A stretch of DNA of 48,697 nt, taken from the IMG/VR virus record IMGVR_UViG_3300045988_103716, one strand, 5' to 3'. This document shows positions 42,179 to 48,697 of this stretch, piece after piece. The DNA is from a virus. Made by a program: the position numbers and the translations under genes. Within the stretch, counting starts at the first letter, position 1. Each line of letters begins with the position of its first letter. Below the pieces are notes generated by a model. It was given only the letters and a program-made list of their open reading frames with translations. It did no database searches and was not told the origin of the DNA.

Positions 42179-44874
42179 TAGTTACCACCCACTTTCTTAA
42201 AATCAAGAGAACCGTTAGGCCTTGGACTGAATTCAAAATTGCCAATACGCAAAGTGCTATTAAATTGGCCATCATTTACATACAACTTATTATTTGAGAA
42301 ATAAGCTACCTCGGCACCTCCCTGAACAAATGATAGTCTGTCATTCTTTTCAATCAATTGAATAGGGTTACCTTCGACTCCAATGTAAATATTTCCATCG
42401 ATAAATCGAATATATTTATGAATCTCATTAAAAGATGCAATATTCTGCTTTTTTGATGCCTCAAAGTCCGTTTTAAAATTCGCAAACTCAATGTTGACCG
42501 AATTTTTTGTCTGTTCTAGCTTAGTTGAGATTTCGCCAAACTGTGAGTCTAGGTTTTCTTTATCATAGTATTTTTCCCATATCTCAGTTCGAAGAGCATC
42601 ATTTTCTTTGCTGATCCGTGAATCTGTAATCCTTACTGCGTTATCAATACATGCAAGTGCCTCTGCATACACTTTTTTAGATGCATCATAGTCACTGGAT
42701 AACTGTACAAGACCATAGCTAAAAGAAAGATTGACAAAAAGTGTACAGTCTACATAGTAAAGGTTGTCCGTGTTTCCTAAAGTGTACTCGGGCTCAGTAC
42801 GACTCCATACAGTATCTGATGGAGGATATGAAGTTGGTACTTCTGGTCTATCCGGGCCTAAATGATAAAAGCGATAGATTCCTTGGATATCCGTAACGGA
42901 AGCTAAAGATATCGTATCACTGCCAAGTATTTCATTTTTAGCGTTAATAACCTGTACTGAGTAATTTGTATTCAATACTGAATCTGATTCTGAAACGCTT
43001 AAAATTAAATCTGATCCAGTCTGCCGAGTGTCATTTTTAAACCACTGAACAGTTCCCAGATTCTTTACTTCAGAGCTTGTCAGCTTTTTAGAGCCTCTTC
43101 TGACTTCAAGAGTCAAAATTGTTTTTATGGATTTGTTCTTGAAAATCTGACCCTGCGAAGATAGCAGCTTAAAACTTAAAGCAGCTTCTCCTGCAACCCC
43201 ATCTTTTCCGTCCTTACCGTTCGTTCCATTGGCGCCATTATGCGAAACAGAATAGGTCTCTGTACTAGAGCCATCACTATAGAAAACCTTGGTACAGACC
43301 CATAGATATTTTCCTAAAGGCACAACTGGAAATTCAGTCTGCCATCCTGTTATAGGCTTATCCTGTGCTGAATCTGTGACTGCATATGTGACGATCGTTT
43401 TCTTGATATAGACGCTAGTACCATTCTGTACTTTGGTTACTGTCAGCTCATGGCTAGCTTTCACTACACCTTTGTCGTTAACAGCTTCAACATGGTATAT
43501 CAAACTTGGATTCAAGCTTGATTTCTCAACGTTGATTGAGTTAGCCGTTGATACAAGTTCTCCATCTAGGTACCAGTTTATTTTGAACTGATCCGTGATA
43601 TCTTTGCCGTTGTCTTTTACAAGAGCTACAAGAACTGTACGTTCTGTATCTTCATTTAAAACAGTGCCATTTGAACTACTGACAACTAACTGATATGTTT
43701 TGTTCTGTTCAATCAGTCGATTCATTTTGTCAATCAATTCATTTGAAATTCCTGAAGCCATTTCTGTGAAATTATCAAAAGTTGTCTTGCATCTGTCTCT
43801 ATCAGTAAAGCTGATCTCCTGTTCTACGACTCGAGCCTGCAGATACATAGTCGGCGTATATTCAGTATCCTCAATCGTAAATGTATCTCCTATATTTGCA
43901 TCAATGTAGGCATCTACATCATATGTGACAATAGGGTTAACGTGCTTCTTTAGCTCAGCTAGTGCCTGGCCATATAAAGTATTCACATTCTTTGTTTCGT
44001 AGGACCATATCTCTACGGCATACATATCATTACTGTGATCCGTTAAAAGAGTCGATGGAAACCGGTCCCTAGCCTGAGGTGCTAGAAGATTATTACCGCT
44101 GACCATGTACTCAACATTGCCATTTGCATCGTATTCTTTTTTTCCATTTAATGATGTTAACTGCAATCCATCTGTGCCAGTTGGCCGAATACCTGTATAA
44201 AGTTCAGTAATATCACTGGTTTTTACAATTGAATGGATGTCATTAGGATATCTTAAAATAGTTCCTGTACGATTTGATCCAAGGCCTTGATTCGAACCGG
44301 AATGTTTACGATAAACGTTCAGAGTTACGCCCTTTAATGAATAGTCATCGTTCAATTCTGTAATGAACTCAAGTTCTGCATCAAAAACATTGGCCAATGA
44401 ATAGAGGCGGCTCAAAACGGTGGCCGTACCCTCCCAATCATGACGAATTGACTTGTTAGATACCTCATTGATTCGAACTGTAAAGGAGCGTTCAAAGCCC
44501 CAGGCCTTAATATACTCAACAAAGCTCATGGCCCTTGGCGACTTATAAGCATCGATCTGTTCGTTTGTTAGTTCTAAACTTAACCCATAAGCTTCGACCA
44601 TTACAGTCTTTCTTGATTTTTCAACGTTCATAATCGTCAAGTGATACCCTTTATCCTTGTACTTGAAAGACAACTTATTTCCTTCAACAAGATATTTAGC
44701 ATCTTCGTGCGCTGTGAGTGTTTTAAAACCAAAAGTATATGCAGATCCACTTAAATATGTATGTAACGTATCACTCCAGTATGGCATCGCCTTATCAACA
44801 TCATTATCAAGATGTGCAAGAACTGTACCATATGGATCCAATACTGCGATTCTGACTTTTTGTAATACCGTCAT
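42178..44874 (-). CDS. Tail-associated (Tal-type, prophage tail endopeptidase family) protein
   Basis: 898 aa directly after Dit. Contains a short collagen-like run GANGTNGKDGKDGVAGEA. Confidence 0.65.
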   Translation of the reverse strand: MTVLQKVRIAVLDPYGTVLAHLDNDVDKAMPYWSDTLHTYLSGSAYTFGFKTLTAHEDAKYLVEGNKLSFKYKDKGYHLTIMNVEKSRKTVMVEAYGLSLELTNEQIDAYKSPRAMSFVEYIKAWGFERSFTVRINEVSNKSIRHDWEGTATVLSRLYSLANVFDAELEFITELNDDYSLKGVTLNVYRKHSGSNQGLGSNRTGTILRYPNDIHSIVKTSDITELYTGIRPTGTDGLQLTSLNGKKEYDANGNVEYMVSGNNLLAPQARDRFPSTLLTDHSNDMYAVEIWSYETKNVNTLYGQALAELKKHVNPIVTYDVDAYIDANIGDTFTIEDTEYTPTMYLQARVVEQEISFTDRDRCKTTFDNFTEMASGISNELIDKMNRLIEQNKTYQLVVSSSNGTVLNEDTERTVLVALVKDNGKDITDQFKINWYLDGELVSTANSINVEKSSLNPSLIYHVEAVNDKGVVKASHELTVTKVQNGTSVYIKKTIVTYAVTDSAQDKPITGWQTEFPVVPLGKYLWVCTKVFYSDGSSTETYSVSHNGANGTNGKDGKDGVAGEAALSFKLLSSQGQIFKNKSIKTILTLEVRRGSKKLTSSEVKNLGTVQWFKNDTRQTGSDLILSVSESDSVLNTNYSVQVINAKNEILGSDTISLASVTDIQGIYRFYHLGPDRPEVPTSYPPSDTVWSRTEPEYTLGNTDNLYYVDCTLFVNLSFSYGLVQLSSDYDASKKVYAEALACIDNAVRITDSRISKENDALRTEIWEKYYDKENLDSQFGEISTKLEQTKNSVNIEFANFKTDFEASKKQNIASFNEIHKYIRFIDGNIYIGVEGNPIQLIEKNDRLSFVQGGAEVAYFSNNKLYVNDGQFNSTLRIGNFEFSPRPNGSLDFKKVGGN

Positions 44875-46403
44875 AGCCAGGCCTCCCGAATACGAACAGT
44901 CACATCAGGTTGTTTCCTGCAGAAATCAGAAACATGAAATTTGATATCTGTTTCTCCTGGAGGAACTTTAAAATACTGAGTTCCTACAACTTCATCACCC
45001 GGTCTGTCCATTCCGTTTACATATACATGCGATGTTTCCCCATCAATATTGATTACTGTGCCTGCTGGATATCTGTTAGGAACATCTCTCCATTTGCTGA
45101 CATGCTGTTTATAGAAGTTGATCACATTAAAGCCAGCGAAAGTCATAAACTGATTTCCTGCTCGGTTTCCCCACTGCTTAACAGCAACCTGTATCTTCAC
45201 ACATTTCATATCTGCAATTTCTGGGATCGTGTAGTTATAATAACCACCCCAGTAGAAGAAACGTATATTTGCGCCTTCCTTTAAGATGTCACAGTGGCCC
45301 CAGTCCCAGTACCAAGGATTTTGGGTATGCAGATGAGACGTTGTATAGCTCCAGTTTCTCAACACCTTGCCATTAGCCCATATTTCATAATGACCTGTAT
45401 TTCCAACCGCATCTGTCTTATACCAGTTACATCCGCAGATAAGTTTGTTGTCTGCTGTTAAGAAGTTGATACACATCTCTCCTGTTTGGCCCATCAGACC
45501 TGCATAGAATAATAGGTGAAAATAGCAGTAGAAGTTTTTAGATCCACTAGTGTCTCCGTTTGAGTCTGCTGGCAATACAAGAGTTCTTAGGCCACCATTA
45601 GCAGAGCCTTTTTTATTTCCTGTACTACCAAAGCCTAAGAATCTATTGTTAAACCATGTATGCGCAAATAAGGCGCCATTTGCGCCATATTGTGGATGCA
45701 TAACGTCCGTACCGTTTGTATCATCCTTACAGTTAAAAAAGCTGTCTAAGGAAGCAAGTTGCTCATTCTGTTCATATGTTTCTGTATCCAATTCTTCGAT
45801 TTTACCGTATTGCATGACACCTTCAGACGATACTATTCCAACGTACCCTGTTTCTGCAGTGCAGTTAATCTGATAGTCAACAGTTGCAGGTAAAGTTCCT
45901 TCATTCTTTACAGTCACTGAGCCTGAGGACGTTGTAAACTCCTTCAGGGCTGTACTGTACTTTCTTGGATCAGAACAATAAATTTCAATTTCTCCAATAA
46001 CACAATTAGAGCCGGCATCAACTTCTGTGTTTGATAGCTTGGTACCAATAAAGTACTTATCTAATTCGTCATTGAAAATGATCTGAACCTGTTCTTTATT
46101 GAGTAAAGAGTTCAGTTTGTTATAAGCCTGTCTATAGTCATAATTGCTATCTGCTTGTAGCAGGTACTTTACTGTTATGGTTCTAGGCTTAAGTCTTTTA
46201 GAGTTATAAATAGTTCCATCCATTCCATCAACCTCGGTCTCAAGAACTTCAGATCCTAACAGCTCTCTACCACTCACTGAGAGTGTTCGATAGCCTTTTA
46301 TTTCGTTTTCAATAAAAACACCATCATAGCACATTGCCTCGGCCGGCAAATCTGCACCGGCCTGAGGTTTTGTGTCTATTGTGTCCACAAAGTTATAGAG
46401 CAT
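44871..46403 (-). CDS. Distal tail protein (Dit), extended form
   Basis: 510 aa directly after the tape measure gene. The N-terminal region resembles siphovirus tail-component proteins. Confidence 0.65.
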   Translation of the reverse strand: MLYNFVDTIDTKPQAGADLPAEAMCYDGVFIENEIKGYRTLSVSGRELLGSEVLETEVDGMDGTIYNSKRLKPRTITVKYLLQADSNYDYRQAYNKLNSLLNKEQVQIIFNDELDKYFIGTKLSNTEVDAGSNCVIGEIEIYCSDPRKYSTALKEFTTSSGSVTVKNEGTLPATVDYQINCTAETGYVGIVSSEGVMQYGKIEELDTETYEQNEQLASLDSFFNCKDDTNGTDVMHPQYGANGALFAHTWFNNRFLGFGSTGNKKGSANGGLRTLVLPADSNGDTSGSKNFYCYFHLLFYAGLMGQTGEMCINFLTADNKLICGCNWYKTDAVGNTGHYEIWANGKVLRNWSYTTSHLHTQNPWYWDWGHCDILKEGANIRFFYWGGYYNYTIPEIADMKCVKIQVAVKQWGNRAGNQFMTFAGFNVINFYKQHVSKWRDVPNRYPAGTVINIDGETSHVYVNGMDRPGDEVVGTQYFKVPPGETDIKFHVSDFCRKQPDVTVRIREAWL

Positions 46404-48697
46404 TATTTAACACCTCTCAATGTTTTATTAAATTTCTGTGATCTAGCAAGTTCTGCCTGGTCATACTTAGCAGTTGCTCTCGCCATTTCACGACCATCTA
46501 TTTCTAAAGGCACCTCAATGATGTATTCACCGCTCATTGAGTACGTATAGTCACTATTCAAGGATGTCGTCATTCCTGAATAAGATAAGTTCGGTTGTAG
46601 CATATTTGGCATATACAAGATGTCTGAAGCAACTTCTTTGACCTTTGTCTTCATAGCCTTCATACCATTGACTAATCCTTGTGCCCACCATAGACCATTC
46701 TTATACTGAACTTTAGAAGGTGAGCCAATCTTAGCTTTGGCCTGGATTGCCGCATCGGCTGCAGCAGCCAAACTAGCGGCCGCCGCTCTGACTGAACCTT
46801 CGCTTGCTCTTAAGCCGTTCGCAAGCCCCATACCAATCATCTGACCACAATACTGTGCTCTAGACTGACAGGCATTGAATGCACTGATAATGCTATTGCA
46901 TGACGATCTTGCAACAGACACGCCCTTTGATAAGCTTCCTTTAAGTCCTGATGTAAACTTAGTACCCATTGCAGTTCCTGAAGTCGAAGCCCTAGCTTCA
47001 GCTGCAGACATTGCACTGATAATGCTATTCAATGAGCTCGTCACCGTAGCCGACGTACTGGCAAATGTAGTACCTACCATACTGATAGCCGTTACAAGGG
47101 CCATCATCTGAGTACCCGCACTACCAATTCCAACAGAAGCTGCAGATATAGCTCCTATACCAGCTGCAACTGCCGCTAAGCTAGCTCCCATATCCAATAG
47201 ATTTAATCCTGTAATAATCTGAATGCCTTTAGCTAATTCCTTGAACCCTTTACCTGCATTCAAAGCAGCCGTACCAATAGAATCAATAACACCTGATACA
47301 GACTGTAGTACTCCTGAGACTGCTTCTCCAAATGCAGTAATAATTCCTGATATTCCGTTGAATACCGTTGCAATAATGCTTCCAAATGACTCTATTGTGC
47401 TACAGATACCTTCAAAGACTGTCTGAATCACTGGTCCTAACGCAGTCACAACAGTAGCTACACCGTTCAGAATCATCTGCAATCCTTCACCCTGCGAACC
47501 TGCTAAGGCAAACGCAGCACCAACTGCAAGAGCGGCCGCGGCAATACCTAACCATGTTGTTGGTGGAATCATAGCCAAGGCCTCACCAAGTCCTCTGAAG
47601 ATAGTCGCAATACCGGTACCAATACCTTGTGCTGCTGTTGAAATAGCACTACCTAAGGATGTCACAATACCTGAAATAGCGGTTCCTAGAGTTTCAATTA
47701 CTAAGGAAATTCCTTGAGTGATACTGTCAAGAATGCCTGAAACAGCCGTACCAATACCTTCAATACTTGTCTTGATCGTATTGCCAACAGATTCAACCAC
47801 TTTAGCGATGCCCTCATACTTGGCCTTGATCTTGTCAATTCCGCCTGTATTTGGAACACTGCCCCCAGATTCATCTGAATCGTCTTTCTTCTTTTTGAAA
47901 AGATTCTTTAATGGATCCAGGCTCTTTGTGCTTGCAGAGTCCTTGATAGCACTTATAAGATTTTTTACATTGCTAACAGCATCTTTAGCATTAGCGCCGG
48001 CATTCTTAGCTGCACTTCCAAAGTTCTTCAGATGTGATATTCCGCTTTGTATTGCCTTGTAGCCTTTAAAGGCTAGGAATAATCCAGTAACGGCCTTAAA
48101 GGCAGTCTGAATAGTTCCTGGATCCAGTGCACTTACAAACTCGGCAATCTTTTTAACAACATCGGCAATATTCTTTACAACTTTACCGAAAGCATCTGCC
48201 AAGCTTTCAATCACACCACTTTGAGCGCAGGCATCCATTACGTGAAGTACTGCATCCTTAACAGCACTTAAGGCAGACGCACAAGCCTGTATAGCTCCAG
48301 TATCTCTGAATTTCTCCCAGACACCTTTCAAGGCTTTTGCCATGTCAGAGAAAACCTGTTTTACCTGATTACAAGTATTGGTAATTCCATTGATATCAAT
48401 TAGACTTGAAAACTGACTTGCGATTTCTCCAGCAAAATAAGAAGCTGTACCAACAATTTGACCAAAGATATTTGCAATAGTTTCTAAAAGCATAGAGTTT
48501 GCCAAGGCATCCCCTATTTTATTAAAGGCCTGACCAAACTTGTCTAATGCTTTCTTCGCTTCTTGAATAGCGCCGGTATCCTTAAATGCATTCATTGCAC
48601 TTCTTACTTTTGTCTTCATAGTGTTGATTGCACTCATAAAGTCCTGTAGGATAGCAGGCTTGAATGCATAGTCGATACCGTCCTTAGTTTCCATAAA
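46403..48697 (-). CDS. Tail tape measure protein, 3' part (joins 1-910; the whole gene is 3,150 nt, ~1,049 aa)
   Basis: Long helical, Gly/Ala-rich protein. The frame is open to the window edge. The M at 48694 is internal, not the true start. Confidence 0.85.
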   Translation of the reverse strand, partial: FMETKDGIDYAFKPAILQDFMSAINTMKTKVRSAMNAFKDTGAIQEAKKALDKFGQAFNKIGDALANSMLLETIANIFGQIVGTASYFAGEIASQFSSLIDINGITNTCNQVKQVFSDMAKALKGVWEKFRDTGAIQACASALSAVKDAVLHVMDACAQSGVIESLADAFGKVVKNIADVVKKIAEFVSALDPGTIQTAFKAVTGLFLAFKGYKAIQSGISHLKNFGSAAKNAGANAKDAVSNVKNLISAIKDSASTKSLDPLKNLFKKKKDDSDESGGSVPNTGGIDKIKAKYEGIAKVVESVGNTIKTSIEGIGTAVSGILDSITQGISLVIETLGTAISGIVTSLGSAISTAAQGIGTGIATIFRGLGEALAMIPPTTWLGIAAAALAVGAAFALAGSQGEGLQMILNGVATVVTALGPVIQTVFEGICSTIESFGSIIATVFNGISGIITAFGEAVSGVLQSVSGVIDSIGTAALNAGKGFKELAKGIQIITGLNLLDMGASLAAVAAGIGAISAASVGIGSAGTQMMALVTAISMVGTTFASTSATVTSSLNSIISAMSAAEARASTSGTAMGTKFTSGLKGSLSKGVSVARSSCNSIISAFNACQSRAQYCGQMIGMGLANGLRASEGSVRAAAASLAAAADAAIQAKAKIGSPSKVQYKNGLWWAQGLVNGMKAMKTKVKEVASDILYMPNMLQPNLSYSGMTTSLNSDYTYSMSGEYIIEVPLEIDGREMARATAKYDQAELARSQKFNKTLRGVK
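48643..48697. repeat. Terminal direct repeat (identical to 1-55)
   Basis: Exact 55-nt identity. Confidence 0.95.

Larger units (their letters stand above)
1..48697. mobile_element. Complete temperate tailed-phage (siphovirus-type) genome, circular assembly, unit length 48,642 bp
   Basis: Full set of packaging, head, tail, lysis, lysogeny and replication modules. The first 55 nt are identical to the last 55 nt. Confidence 0.9.

Overview
This window is a complete temperate siphovirus-type phage genome from a low-GC Gram-positive (Bacillota-like) host. It was assembled as a circle: nt 1-55 are identical to nt 48643-48697, so the unit length is 48,642 bp. The tape-measure gene is split by the linearisation point (46403-48697 continues into 1-910).

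Nearly all genes are on the minus strand:
- Early and regulatory genes: 29.5 -> 25.3 kb.
- Replication module (DUF2800 nuclease, DUF2815, family-A DNA polymerase, primase/VirE helicase, HNH, DUF3310, MazG, VRR-NUC, SNF2): 24.9 -> 12.7 kb.
- Packaging and head (TerS, TerL, portal, MuF, two YjcQ, Prp protease, scaffold, capsid): 11.7 -> 3.7 kb.
- Connector and tail (including a -1 frameshifted chaperone pair, tape measure, Dit, Tal).
- A diversity-generating retroelement (DGR), followed by the lysis cassette.

A plus-strand lysogeny/moron block sits at 29.6-33.8 kb. It holds a CI-like repressor, an orphan ORF, an Abi_2/HEPN abortive-infection protein and a large serine integrase.

Most notable observations:
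1. A compact, apparently Avd-less DGR. Its 91-nt TR/VR core differs at 14 positions, and every difference is at a coding-strand adenine of the TR.
2. A defence/moron region in which a promoter-leader module and a 3'-end hairpin module are both duplicated. One copy brackets the Abi gene. The other brackets only a promoter plus a riboswitch-like terminated RNA.
3. A phage-encoded Prp protease, with L27-type LQ(L/M)FA cleavage motifs on the capsid, scaffold and major tail proteins.
4. A 373-bp intergenic iteron array with an AT-rich segment and a Z-DNA-prone tract, which is an origin candidate.

All functional calls come from reading the translations and the DNA by eye. No database search was run.
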